Below are positions 28,466-38,306 of a DNA stretch of 64,000 nucleotides, piece by piece. The notes under the pieces are model-generated. The model was not told the origin of the DNA and ran no database searches. It saw only the letters and a program-made list of their open reading frames with translations. Source of the stretch: Alphaproteobacteria bacterium (lineage in GTDB: Bacteria > Pseudomonadota > Alphaproteobacteria > Micavibrionales > Micavibrionaceae). The DNA lies in NCBI GenBank assembly GCA_017302165.1, contig JAFLCW010000004.1:59834-123833 (forward strand). Reading direction: 5' to 3'. The position numbers and the translations under genes were made by a program. Each line of letters opens with the position of its first letter. Position 1 is the first letter of the stretch.

Positions 28466-29755
28466 ATGACGCTCACCCCGCCTGAACATCAAGGGCTTCG
28501 CTGGCTTTTTCTCGACCTCAACAGCTATTTTGCCCGTGTTGAACAAAATGAACGCCCCGAACTGCGCGGGCGTCCCGTGGCGGTAGTCCCGATGATGACG
28601 GATTCCACCTGCGCTATTGCCGCCTCACCCGAAGCTAAATTATACGGGATCAAAACGGGCACGCCGATTTACGATGCCAAAAAACTCTGCCCTGCTCTCA
28701 CCTGTGTTTTGGCACGGCATGATGTCTATGTTGATTATCACCACCGCATCCTCAAGGCGGTGGATCGCATCCTGCCGGTGCACAAAGTATGGTCAGTGGA
28801 TGAGTTTGACTGTGAATTAATGGGTCAACAGTGTCATTTCGATACGGCTATTCTTTTAGCAAAACGGGTCAAGCAGATGCTTCGACGTGACGTCGGGCCC
28901 TGCATCACCTGCTCGATTGGCATTGCCCCGACCTCGTTCCTCGCCAAGATCGGTACCGAGATCCAGAAGAAAGACGGCCTGACTGTGATCCGCCCCGAAG
29001 ACTTGCCGGATATTTTGTTACCCCTCAAGCTAACGGATCTACCAGGGATCAATGTGCGGATGGAAGAACGTCTGCGTCGCGGCGGGGTCAAAACGGTTCA
29101 TGATTTATGGAACACATCCCCCAAGCAAGCGCGCGCCTTATGGGGGGGCGTTCAGGGGGAGCGTTTCTGGTACTGGCTTCATGGGTATGATGTCCCCGTA
29201 CCGGAAACATCACGCTCAATGATCGGCCATTCCCGGGTGCTTGACCCGGATCTGCGTTATCCCGAAAAAGCCCGAGAGATGACACGCCGTTTACTGGCCA
29301 AAGCCACAACCCGTCTTCGGCGACAGAAATTTTATGCGACCCGGCTGTACGTGTCGGTACGTTGTCTTGATGGCCGAAAATGGACAACCGAACATCAATT
29401 CCCCGCGGCGCAAGATATTTTTACATTTTTAGAACATCTCGACCAAGCCTGGGCAGAGATGAACACCCGAATCTCACCGTCCCTATCCCGTCCCTTTTTT
29501 AAAAAAGTAGCGGTTATTCTTCATGGATTAAGCCGTGAAGGGTATGTAACAAGCGATCTGTTTCAAACCGAAACGCCTGAAGGTAAAACCCGGCAGGAAA
29601 AACGTGCCCGCCTTTCCGCCGCCCTCGACACGCTTCAGGATAAATATCAACGTGAAACAGTCTGGCTGGGGGCACGACCCAAAACACAGGCCGGGCATGT
29701 TGGCACCAAAATCGCCTTCTCCCGCGTCCCAGACCGAGAAGAGTTCTGGAATTGA
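28466..29755 (+). CDS. Y-family DNA polymerase (DinB/UmuC-like)
   Basis: 429 aa. FLDLNSYFARVE aligns with DinB VDMDCFFAAVE, with the first Asp kept. The SVDEF (catalytic DE) motif is present. Confidence 0.8.
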   Translation: MTLTPPEHQGLRWLFLDLNSYFARVEQNERPELRGRPVAVVPMMTDSTCAIAASPEAKLYGIKTGTPIYDAKKLCPALTCVLARHDVYVDYHHRILKAVDRILPVHKVWSVDEFDCELMGQQCHFDTAILLAKRVKQMLRRDVGPCITCSIGIAPTSFLAKIGTEIQKKDGLTVIRPEDLPDILLPLKLTDLPGINVRMEERLRRGGVKTVHDLWNTSPKQARALWGGVQGERFWYWLHGYDVPVPETSRSMIGHSRVLDPDLRYPEKAREMTRRLLAKATTRLRRQKFYATRLYVSVRCLDGRKWTTEHQFPAAQDIFTFLEHLDQAWAEMNTRISPSLSRPFFKKVAVILHGLSREGYVTSDLFQTETPEGKTRQEKRARLSAALDTLQDKYQRETVWLGARPKTQAGHVGTKIAFSRVPDREEFWN

Positions 29756-29775
29756 TCCCCATTTGTTAAATAAGA

Positions 29776-31104
29776 TTATCTTGGAGGTTCACAACCCGAC
29801 ACTGTGATCCGCCGATTTTGAGCATGATCTGTCTCGGTTGTTCCTGTCGTGATCAGTTGGCTCCGTCCACGACCAATGGTTTCAACAGGTATTGAAATCT
29901 GAAAGTTCTGTTGGAGATAGTTAGCAACTGTCCGCGCCCTCTCTTCAGAAAGTCTTTGATTAAAAGAAACTGTACCCCGTATATCCGTATGTCCTTCAAC
30001 AACCAATTTCTGACATGCATGGGGATTATCTTGAAGAAATTTACCCAGTACATCCAAATTGGTCGTAAAGCCTGGGGTGAAGTTCGTGAGCCCTTTGGGA
30101 AAAGCTTCTCTGAAGCGTTGATCATCAAAAACAAATCTTCCTGTTTGACGAAATGCGTCGCCGATTTCACGCGTGTCTAATGTAGGTGGGGCAATCGTTA
30201 CTCGCATATCAGGTAATTCGGGCTCTTTTGTACCAGAGTCTTTATTGTTGCCAATAATGGCGACGGCCAGCACCCCTGCTACAGCAAGCCTGCTGAGCGC
30301 GTTATTTGCCGCAACAACCCACGGTGATACAGGCTTGCGAATAGGAGGCTCTGGTGAAGGTGGAGTATCCGCAACATTATTAGAAATGGATTCAACGACA
30401 ACACTTGGAAAATGATCCCATACATTCTGCGACACCGTACCACTAGCCTTCAAGGCCTGTACAGCTTCAGGACCAATTGAGGCGGCCGCAATAACGTTGA
30501 CATAGTCAACAAATCGTATTTCCTTAGTATACGTGATGGGGCAACCCTGAACACCCGAAGCCTCAGACATTGCTTTCAAGGCAGGCGGATCTATATCAAA
30601 TCGGGTTCCCGAGTCTCCTTGCGTCCATTCTAATAACGATATGATGGGGCGACCAAATTCTCGAGCAGAACGTTCCAGATTTTCGGTATTATCAAGTTTT
30701 CCATCGGTTGTATCCCCAAACGTTAACAAGGCATCCAATTTTGGAATAGTTTGAGACGTCTCGTCCCGAATGATCCGTGAGATTGAGTCAGAAATATTAG
30801 TCAGCCCTGACTCGCAATATCTATTTTTTAAATGACTGGCTACCTCTGAGAGGTCATCAAAAACACCTACAAAGCTCACGGCATTTCCACCAAAAGAGTA
30901 AAGCGTTACGCGTAATTTACCGATCGAATTTTGCTTCAGCACATCCATTTGACGAGAAAAATCTTCTAGAACTTTCTGAATTGAGGCTTCACGACTTGCC
31001 GTCATATCAAAAACAATCCCCACATTGACCACACGGTCTTGAAAACGTTCGATCAGGGCGTGACCGTTGAAAACACGCGCCGTCCCATTTGATCTGTTAG
31101 TCAT
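29776..31104 (-). CDS. vWA-like domain / single TM / OmpA-C-like (MotB-type) peptidoglycan-binding protein
   Basis: ATG at 31104 follows a GGAGGG RBS. N-terminus has VGIVFDMTAS (MIDAS-like DxTxS) and ...TFGDTTDG. TM helix is LAVAGVLAVAIIG. C-terminus has LVVEGHTDIRGTVSFNQRLSEERARTVANYL...NRRITV. Confidence 0.7.
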   Translation of the reverse strand: MTNRSNGTARVFNGHALIERFQDRVVNVGIVFDMTASREASIQKVLEDFSRQMDVLKQNSIGKLRVTLYSFGGNAVSFVGVFDDLSEVASHLKNRYCESGLTNISDSISRIIRDETSQTIPKLDALLTFGDTTDGKLDNTENLERSAREFGRPIISLLEWTQGDSGTRFDIDPPALKAMSEASGVQGCPITYTKEIRFVDYVNVIAAASIGPEAVQALKASGTVSQNVWDHFPSVVVESISNNVADTPPSPEPPIRKPVSPWVVAANNALSRLAVAGVLAVAIIGNNKDSGTKEPELPDMRVTIAPPTLDTREIGDAFRQTGRFVFDDQRFREAFPKGLTNFTPGFTTNLDVLGKFLQDNPHACQKLVVEGHTDIRGTVSFNQRLSEERARTVANYLQQNFQISIPVETIGRGRSQLITTGTTETDHAQNRRITVSGCEPPR

Positions 31105-31251
31105 AACATTACCCTCCGTACAAATTTCTATAACGACTATTACTTTTGAAAATAAGCTACCAGACATTAAACATAAAATACAAATACGGCTCTATAACTG
31201 TGGAAATAGGCGAGAATTTACATGGATAAAATTAACAGCTAAAAACCCGAC

Positions 31252-32622
31252 ATGACAATTGCTCCTGTACATATTATTGGCGGCGGGTTGGCCGGATCTG
31301 AAGCGGCCTGGCAATGCGCCCAGATGGGTGTTCCCGTGATCCTGCATGAAATGCGTCCGGTGCGCGGCACCGACGCGCATAAAACAGACGGGCTGGCGGA
31401 ACTGGTCTGCTCCAACTCCTTTCGCTCCGATGACCCGGAATATAATGCCGTGGGTCTGCTTCATGAAGAAATGCGGCGCAATGGGTCTTTGATATTGCGC
31501 GAGGGTGACGCGGCCAAAGTGCCAGCGGGCGGCGCGCTGGCGGTTGATCGGGATGCTTTTTCACATGGTGTGACGCAGGCACTTATGACCCATCCGTTGA
31601 TCACGATTGAACGGGGAGAAGTCCCCCTGCCCCCCGATGCATGGGACAATGTGATCATCGCCACAGGCCCCCTGACATCACCTGCACTGGCACAGGCGGT
31701 TCAGGCCATTGGCGGGGAAGACCAGTTGGCCTTCTTTGATGCGATTGCCCCCATTATCTACCGGGAGAGCATTGATTTCGATACCGTGTGGATGCAGTCC
31801 CGTTATGATAAAGGCGATGGAACGGATTATATCAACTGCCCGATGAACAAAGATCAGTATCTTGTTTTTATCAAAGAACTTTTAGCATCTGAAAAAACAG
31901 AATTCAAAGAATGGGAAAAAAACACACCTTATTTCGAAGGATGCATGCCTATTGAGGTGATGGCGGCGCGGGGCGAAGATACGCTACGCTTTGGCCCCAT
32001 GAAACCCGTGGGTCTGACCGATCCCAAAACAGGAAAACGTCCCTATGCCGTGGTTCAGCTTCGGCAGGATAATGCGCTGGGCACACTTTATAATATGGTG
32101 GGCTTTCAGACTAAAATGAAATACGGGGATCAGACACGTGTGCTTCAGCTTATCCCCGGGCTAGAGCGCGCTGAGTTTGCGCGTCTAGGCGGCCTGCACC
32201 GCAATACCTTTATCAATTCACCTCGTCTTTTAGATTTTATGCTGCGGCTAAAAAAGAAACCGGCTTGGCGTTTTGCGGGGCAAATCACCGGATGCGAGGG
32301 ATATGTCGAAAGCGCGGCTGTTGGCCTTATGGCCGGGATTTTTGCGGCCTCAGAGCGATTAAACCGCAACATAACACCCCCGCCCCCGACAACCGCCATG
32401 GGGGCGATCTTGTCCCATATCACGGGCGGCGGCAATGCCGAGACCTTTCAACCCATGAATGTGAATTTTGGTTTGTTCCCGCCCCTGCCGAATGAAAAAG
32501 AATCTCTGAAATCTATCCCGGGTAAGGAACGAGGCCGCGCCCGCAAAAAGATTTTGTCCACGCGCGCCCTGCATGACATGGATGCCTGGATCAGTGACCG
32601 GTTCGACCACTGGGCGGCCTAA
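31252..32622 (+). CDS. trmFO: Methylenetetrahydrofolate--tRNA-(uracil54-C5)-methyltransferase TrmFO
   Basis: 456 aa with FAD motif [14 protein letters not shown] and ...LVCSNSFR.... Confidence 0.93.
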   Translation: MTIAPVHIIGGGLAGSEAAWQCAQMGVPVILHEMRPVRGTDAHKTDGLAELVCSNSFRSDDPEYNAVGLLHEEMRRNGSLILREGDAAKVPAGGALAVDRDAFSHGVTQALMTHPLITIERGEVPLPPDAWDNVIIATGPLTSPALAQAVQAIGGEDQLAFFDAIAPIIYRESIDFDTVWMQSRYDKGDGTDYINCPMNKDQYLVFIKELLASEKTEFKEWEKNTPYFEGCMPIEVMAARGEDTLRFGPMKPVGLTDPKTGKRPYAVVQLRQDNALGTLYNMVGFQTKMKYGDQTRVLQLIPGLERAEFARLGGLHRNTFINSPRLLDFMLRLKKKPAWRFAGQITGCEGYVESAAVGLMAGIFAASERLNRNITPPPPTTAMGAILSHITGGGNAETFQPMNVNFGLFPPLPNEKESLKSIPGKERGRARKKILSTRALHDMDAWISDRFDHWAA

Positions 32623-33410
32623 AGCGCCCACCACAACCGAAGCGCCATAAAGGGCGGCGGCTGGGTTAAGCCCGCGTGAAAAACATCACACGCATATCGT
32701 TCAACGTGGTGTCGATGCATGTCGGTTAGGGCTTGCATCCCTTTCACGAAGCGGGACTGAGCGTTTCGATGGGGAGAAAACGTCTTTATAACCTGACTTA
32801 TCACATCAGGAAGATTTTCTTTCTGATTGAAATCTAATATTTTTTGTAAACTTATACCATGTTCCGACATCAGGTCATCGGGCAAGAATGATCGTGACTG
32901 TGCCATATGTTTAGGAACGGCGCGTAGCAATTTTATACAGGCGTAATCTTGCGCTGTCTGTTTTATGATCTCAGGCGTATCGGTTTGCCCGAGTATTTTA
33001 AGTGAAAGCCTCACCAGCGGCGAGACGGTAAAATCTGCATAATGCCTTAAGCCGTCCAACGTGGCGGGAGACTTGGCTTCGAGGTCAAATTCATGCGCAT
33101 AAATGACCGTATCGAAATCTTCCTGCGAGAGTCCATAACGCGCAATCGCGCGTGCCATATCCGGCAGGATTTCGTTTTGCCGGGGGGGGCGGCCTTGATA
33201 AATTTCAGCAATCCCATCCCGCCACCATTGAAGTCGGATCAGACCCATCGACGTTTCGGTCACGACCTCACGCGTTTTGGCAATTTCGTATCGAAAGGCA
33301 AAGAGCGCCCATAAGGCCGGTCGCGCAGATTCTGGCATCAACAAAGAAAGCAGGAACATCTCAGGATCCTGTTGACGAACAATCTGGCCGCTATATGTTA
33401 GATCAGGCAT
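32619..33410 (-). CDS. Squalene/phytoene-synthase-family protein (NDUFAF6-like)
   Basis: 263 aa with helical isoprenoid-synthase-like sequence (...[15 protein letters not shown]...LQWWRD...). It is the size of the alphaproteobacterial NDUFAF6-like group. Confidence 0.72.
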   Translation of the reverse strand: MPDLTYSGQIVRQQDPEMFLLSLLMPESARPALWALFAFRYEIAKTREVVTETSMGLIRLQWWRDGIAEIYQGRPPRQNEILPDMARAIARYGLSQEDFDTVIYAHEFDLEAKSPATLDGLRHYADFTVSPLVRLSLKILGQTDTPEIIKQTAQDYACIKLLRAVPKHMAQSRSFLPDDLMSEHGISLQKILDFNQKENLPDVISQVIKTFSPHRNAQSRFVKGMQALTDMHRHHVERYACDVFHAGLTQPPPFMALRLWWAL

Positions 33411-33463
33411 CTTTCTATTAAACAGGAGAGATGAAAAAAACCACCAAAATCAGGAGATGTCCG

Positions 33464-34090
33464 ATGGCTTTTGAACTGCCCCCCCTGCCCTATGCGTATG
33501 ATGCGATGGCACCCTACATGTCCAGAGAGACGCTTGAGTTTCATCACGACAAACATCATAAGGCGTATGTGGATAAGGGGAATGAGTTGATCGCCGGGAC
33601 AGGCTGGGAGGCGCGCACGCTCGAAGAAGCGATGGTGCTGGCGTTTAAAGACAAGACAAAAGCCGGCCTCTTTAATCAATTAGGCCAACATTTTAACCAC
33701 ATACATTTCTGGCATTGGATGAAGAAAGACGGCGGCGGCAACAAACTGCCCGGTAAACTTTCCACTGCGATAACCTCTGATTTAGGGGGCTTCGACTCAT
33801 TCCGTGGCAAATTCATCGAAGCGGGTTTAACACAGTTCGGATCAGGATGGTGCTGGCTGGCCATGGATAATGCCTCCGGCAAGCTGGAGATCATGAAAAC
33901 CCCCAATGGGGAGAACCCCGTGGTCTTTGGCAAAACTGCCCTTCTGGGATGTGATGTATGGGAACATTCTTATTATATTGATTACCGTAACGCCCGCGCC
34001 AAATATCTTGAAGCGTTCGTCGACCATATGGTGAATTGGGAATATGTCGAAAGCCTGCATGAAAAAGGGCCTTTGAAAATCGCGGCCTAA
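33464..34090 (+). CDS. sodB: Fe/Mn-family superoxide dismutase
   Basis: MAFELPPLPYAYDAMAPYMSRETLEFHHDKHH...DVWEHSYYIDY. AGGAGA RBS lies 7 nt before ATG 33464. Confidence 0.92.
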   Translation: MAFELPPLPYAYDAMAPYMSRETLEFHHDKHHKAYVDKGNELIAGTGWEARTLEEAMVLAFKDKTKAGLFNQLGQHFNHIHFWHWMKKDGGGNKLPGKLSTAITSDLGGFDSFRGKFIEAGLTQFGSGWCWLAMDNASGKLEIMKTPNGENPVVFGKTALLGCDVWEHSYYIDYRNARAKYLEAFVDHMVNWEYVESLHEKGPLKIAA

Positions 34091-34113
34091 GCACCCATCT
34101 CGGGTTAACCTTT

Positions 34114-34143
34114 AAAAAAACCACCCTCACGGTGGTTTTTTTA
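34114..34143 (+). terminator. Rho-independent terminator
   Basis: AAAAAAACCACC-ctcac-GGTGGTTTTTTT after sodB. Confidence 0.72.
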
Positions 34144-34178
34144 TTGATCGATACCTGCAATTAACGTAATAAAACATT

Positions 34179-35057
34179 ATGACAAAAATACTTTTTGCGA
34201 CAGATCTTCACGCGGGCCCAGATATGCCGCCCCGGAATAAATCTGATGTCATGCTCTTTGGTTCGCAGGCTTCGGTGCTTTTAACGCGCCTGCTGACCTA
34301 TGCCAAAGAAACTGACGTGACGTCAGTGGTTCTGGGCGGGGATGAAAGTTTTTATGATCCCAATCCCCACACGCATCATGCGCGTGCCACTGGCATTTTC
34401 GATATCGTGCGTACCTGCCCTGTGACGATACACCGGGCGATTGGCAACCACGACCCCATCCCCGCATTAATGGATCTAGGATTTCGTCCAAAATCCTATG
34501 CCGCAGAGTTCAACGAAAAATCTGGCGCCCTCACCCGCCTTGTCATTCTTCAACCGGATATCGGCCAGGATAACGGCAAAGCCATCTACGCCTATGACGC
34601 CGATGTTGCCATGAATTTGATCTGGGGATCATCACGTGCCGATAACACGATTGTGGTATCGCATTGGGCGTTTGATCGTCAAACCCGGGGGTATCCACCT
34701 ATATATCAACAAAGTACCGGATATGTTTACCGGGATACTTTATTTTCACACATGAATGACTTGCCACCGAGAACCGTGGTGTTGAGCGGACATGAACATC
34801 GCGCCAATTTCAAGAAATCAAACGCATGCGACCCTTCGGAAAATACGCGGCATATTGTGATACCCGCCATGACCCAAAAAAGCCGCGCCCGCCTGACATG
34901 TCCTGTCGGTCTTTTTGCTGAATTAGAAACACGCCCTGATAACAGCCCGCTTCGGATATCTTTCAAGCATATCTATCACGCAAAAGGGGCGCGCTATGAG
35001 ATATATCCTTTGCCTGCAGGCTCCGTCGGACAATATTCCCGTCCTTTTATCCCCTGA
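34179..35057 (+). CDS. Metallophosphoesterase-family protein
   Basis: Motifs TDLHAG, GGDE, GNHD and SGHEHR appear in the canonical order. Confidence 0.7.
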   Translation: MTKILFATDLHAGPDMPPRNKSDVMLFGSQASVLLTRLLTYAKETDVTSVVLGGDESFYDPNPHTHHARATGIFDIVRTCPVTIHRAIGNHDPIPALMDLGFRPKSYAAEFNEKSGALTRLVILQPDIGQDNGKAIYAYDADVAMNLIWGSSRADNTIVVSHWAFDRQTRGYPPIYQQSTGYVYRDTLFSHMNDLPPRTVVLSGHEHRANFKKSNACDPSENTRHIVIPAMTQKSRARLTCPVGLFAELETRPDNSPLRISFKHIYHAKGARYEIYPLPAGSVGQYSRPFIP

Positions 35058-35068
35058 TCAAATATTTT

Positions 35069-35788
35069 TTATAACGATGCTTGACGTTTCTTGCGCATCC
35101 AGATGTTAAGACATTCGACCCCGAGCGAAAAGGCCACGGCAAAATACAAATAGCCTTTGGGGATGTGAAAGCCCATACCATCGGCCACCAGTGCCATACC
35201 GATCAACAGCAGAAAACTGAGCGCGAGCATTTTAACCGTAGGGTGCATGTTCACAAAATCACTGACGGGTTTGGCGGCAAACAACATCACCCCCATGGCA
35301 ATCACAACCGCCGTGATCATCACAAACAACTGATCCGACATGCCAATGGCGGTAATCACGGAATCAAGGGAGAATACAATATCCAGCACGACAATCATAC
35401 CAATCACGGCGGCAAAGGTCGCCTTTTTTGCCATACTGTCGTTAGCTTCACCGCCTTCGACATGATGGTGAATTTCTGATGTCCCTTTCACAAGCAGGAA
35501 CAGACCGCCACCGATCAAAATAATATCTCGCCATGAAAACTCTTCACCAAACAATGTAAACACAGACTGTGTTAATGAGGCCAGCCACGCAATCATCGAG
35601 AGCAGAATGATCCGCATGATCAACGCCAAGGACAAACCAATGTAACGCGCACGCGCCTGTTGTTCTGGCGGCAATCGGCTGGCCACGATGGAAATAAAGA
35701 TAATGTTATCAATACCCAGAACAATCTCGAGAATGGTCAGGGTCAGAAGGCTGATCCATATGGCGGGGTCGGATAATAATTCGATCAT
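35069..35788 (-). CDS. TerC-family integral membrane protein
   Basis: 239 aa. ...LEIVLGIDNIIFISI... and ...VLDIVFSLDSV... are the paired TerC repeats. Confidence 0.85.
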   Translation of the reverse strand: MIELLSDPAIWISLLTLTILEIVLGIDNIIFISIVASRLPPEQQARARYIGLSLALIMRIILLSMIAWLASLTQSVFTLFGEEFSWRDIILIGGGLFLLVKGTSEIHHHVEGGEANDSMAKKATFAAVIGMIVVLDIVFSLDSVITAIGMSDQLFVMITAVVIAMGVMLFAAKPVSDFVNMHPTVKMLALSFLLLIGMALVADGMGFHIPKGYLYFAVAFSLGVECLNIWMRKKRQASL

Positions 35789-36192
35789 GTTCTCTCCGGG
35801 GTTACGGGCATCAAGGCCGCCACCACGCGGCGACCTTCGGCCAACAATACATTATATGTCCGGCACGCCGCGCCGGTATCCATGATATCGGGTGTTATCC
35901 CTGAAAAATTGAGTTTAGCCTTCACCGCCGGTGCCAACCAAGTCATCCTCGCCCCTGTCCCCCATAACAGGATATCAATGTCGTCACGAAACGGCATTAA
36001 ATCGGTGAACATATCCGGATCATCCATGCGCCCGGCATCGCCTGACGGCCATGGCAAAACTCGATCTGGGAAAACCAAAATCGCATAAGGATATGTCTGA
36101 CCGCTGACACGAAAGACCCCGCCCCCATATGATTGTATCACTTGGCGATCTGGCCGAATGAGGGGCGTCACATCCATCTGGTTACTGGACAA
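35785..36192 (-). CDS. Mth938/DUF498-domain protein (NDUFAF3-like)
   Basis: 135 aa. IQSYGGGVFRVSG...LLWGTG...MDTGAACRTYNVLLAEGRRVVAAL. Confidence 0.8.
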   Translation of the reverse strand: MSSNQMDVTPLIRPDRQVIQSYGGGVFRVSGQTYPYAILVFPDRVLPWPSGDAGRMDDPDMFTDLMPFRDDIDILLWGTGARMTWLAPAVKAKLNFSGITPDIMDTGAACRTYNVLLAEGRRVVAALMPVTPERT

Positions 36193-37282
36193 TGCCCAGT
36201 TTTTTAACCGTCTCGAGGTTTAATCCACCCGGCACCAATCCATTCGATGTCTGATAAGACACAAGCGCGTTGAGCAAAGATGTATCCATCTTGCCGTTCA
36301 CCGCGCCCTTAAACAAACCAGCAGATATAAGTTTTTCCTGAACGGCACGGATCATGGCTGGATCTGTGAGGGCCGTTTGCGCCGTTAAAGCCAGGGCGGG
36401 GGGCACTTCAGCAGGCGTAACAGGAAATACCGGTGAGGCTGGCTTTGAAGGCGCAGGCACCGGGGAGACAGGAGCCGAAGAGACCGGAAGCGGCGCGGGT
36501 GCCGCAGATGGAGCGGCGGCTTTCACTGATGGCGTCGCAACCGGGACACTCACAGGTGCGGGTGTTTTAGGCAACGTGCCTTGAGCGGCTTCGTAACGCA
36601 CCATGCCGTTTAGCGTTTCCGTGTTAATCTTGCCTGAAATTTTTCCAGTATAAAACCCAGCTTTACTTAAGGATTCTTGAATGGCTTTGATCTCTGCCGG
36701 ACTGGCGGATTGAAGGGAAGCCATTGTCAGAGTTTGCGCAGGCGCAGGTTCTGGTGTTTGTACGGGTGCAGGCGCAACCAGTTCAGCATTCGGTTGAACT
36801 GGCGTAGGTTGAGCCGTCGTGGCGGGTACAGGCACCGCTTCCTCTGGGGTTATCATTTTTGTGCCCCGCATAGGTGTGGGGACAGACTCTACTGCCGAAG
36901 CTACCACGGGTGCAGGGGCAGATGGGGTCTCAGGAGCCGCCGGCACAGCAGGTGGCACCGCAGGTACTGTCGCCGGTGCTGGTGTTGTTGGCGCGACCGC
37001 TTCTACTTTCTCAGCGGGAGCGGGCGGCATCGCTTCAGCCGTGAGATTTTGAGCAGTTTGCGTTGCCTCTGTTGTGGTTGTCACGGGCGCTTCGGCCACA
37101 TCCACTTCGGTGATGGCCTCGGGTGTTTCTAACGGCTTGGGCGGCGGGGCTTTGGGGTCGCCCGCATTCCGAATGATGATATCATTCGCGGAGCCAATTT
37201 GTCCGGGACCACGATCAGACGAACAGGCCGACAAAGCCGTGACAGCCACGCCCAGAAGCAGAAAAGTTTTAAGTGATGTCAT
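36182..37282 (-). CDS. Lipoprotein with Pro/Ala-rich linkers and two PG_binding_1-like domains
   Basis: Lipobox TALSAC after ATG 37282. There are two repeats of ...IKAIQESLSKAGFYTGKISGKINTETLNGMVRYE... type. Confidence 0.7.
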   Translation of the reverse strand: MTSLKTFLLLGVAVTALSACSSDRGPGQIGSANDIIIRNAGDPKAPPPKPLETPEAITEVDVAEAPVTTTTEATQTAQNLTAEAMPPAPAEKVEAVAPTTPAPATVPAVPPAVPAAPETPSAPAPVVASAVESVPTPMRGTKMITPEEAVPVPATTAQPTPVQPNAELVAPAPVQTPEPAPAQTLTMASLQSASPAEIKAIQESLSKAGFYTGKISGKINTETLNGMVRYEAAQGTLPKTPAPVSVPVATPSVKAAAPSAAPAPLPVSSAPVSPVPAPSKPASPVFPVTPAEVPPALALTAQTALTDPAMIRAVQEKLISAGLFKGAVNGKMDTSLLNALVSYQTSNGLVPGGLNLETVKKLGIVQ

Positions 37283-37347
37283 CGCGATCAATCCTTTGGC
37301 GTCAAATGAAAATACGCCCTTAGTAAACACCGGAATCAGGTGAAAAA

Positions 37348-38289
37348 TCAAGAGGCCGAAGGACTGTCGGAGGGCGTGCGCCGAATACGCAAATAAAGCA
37401 GGATCGGCGCGGCCATAAAGACCGATGAATAGGTCCCGAGCAACACACCAAACAACATGGCATTAACGAATTCCCGAATCACTTCGCCACCAAACAGCCA
37501 CAGCGCCAACAACGCCAGCAAGGTGGTAATCCCCGTGACAATCGTCCGGGACAAGGTATCGTTGATCGCGCGGTTCAACAAATCCGGCAACGGCATTTTC
37601 CGATGTTTGACGATGGTTTCGCGAATACGGTCAAAAATAACCACCGTGTCGTTAATCGAATACCCGGCGATCATCAAGACACACGCCACCGCCGTTAAGT
37701 CAAAATTGAGGCCAAACAACGCATAGAAACCCACAATCGAAATCACGTCATGCAATAAGGCCAAAATCGCGGCAACGCCAAATTGCCATTCAAACCGGAA
37801 ACCCACGTAAATTAGAATACCGGCAAGCGCAAAAACGATCGCCCAGAAGGCCTGGGATTTCAGTTCTTCCCCGACTTGCGGCCCAACATATTCCACGCGG
37901 CGTATATCCACCGTTCCCAATTTTTCGGTCAGGGTGGATTTCAAAACCTCTACAGCTTGTTTTTGAATATCTTCGGGGGCAACGCCGTCTTGTGCTTTTT
38001 GCTCTGGGATACGGATCATCAAATCTTCAGGCGCGCCAAATTCTTGAATAGAGACACTCCCCAGATCAAGATTATTTAATGTTTGGCGTAGATCAGCGAG
38101 ATCTGCTGGCTGTTCGGTACGGATTTCAATTAATGTTCCGCCCGTAAAATCAATACCTAAATTCAGGCCTTTGACCCCCACCAGGGCAAAGGTACCCAGT
38201 ACCATGGTGATTGATACGATAAAGGCAATCCAACGGATGCCGATAAAGTCAAACTGTGTATTCTGGGGAATAAAGCTGAGTGATTTCAT
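37348..38289 (-). CDS. secF: Protein translocase subunit SecF
   Basis: 313 aa. Typical SecF sequence (GIDFTGGT...) and position next to secD. Confidence 0.93.
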   Translation of the reverse strand: MKSLSFIPQNTQFDFIGIRWIAFIVSITMVLGTFALVGVKGLNLGIDFTGGTLIEIRTEQPADLADLRQTLNNLDLGSVSIQEFGAPEDLMIRIPEQKAQDGVAPEDIQKQAVEVLKSTLTEKLGTVDIRRVEYVGPQVGEELKSQAFWAIVFALAGILIYVGFRFEWQFGVAAILALLHDVISIVGFYALFGLNFDLTAVACVLMIAGYSINDTVVIFDRIRETIVKHRKMPLPDLLNRAINDTLSRTIVTGITTLLALLALWLFGGEVIREFVNAMLFGVLLGTYSSVFMAAPILLYLRIRRTPSDSPSAS

Positions 38290-38306
38290 CGTGTGATCTT
38301 TCTTGA

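Noticed and set aside
28466-29755. I suspected the Y-family polymerase might be a catalytically dead ImuB-type subunit of a mutasome.
   Set aside because: The first catalytic Asp (FLD) and the DE pair (SVDEF) are present. No imuA or dnaE2 is adjacent, so it is treated as an ordinary DinB-like polymerase.
36354-37343. Plus-strand ORFs (76-151 aa) inside the PG-binding lipoprotein gene.
   Set aside because: They lie antisense to a Pro/Ala-rich coding region and give Gly/Arg/Cys-rich nonsense translations typical of GC-rich repeat shadows.
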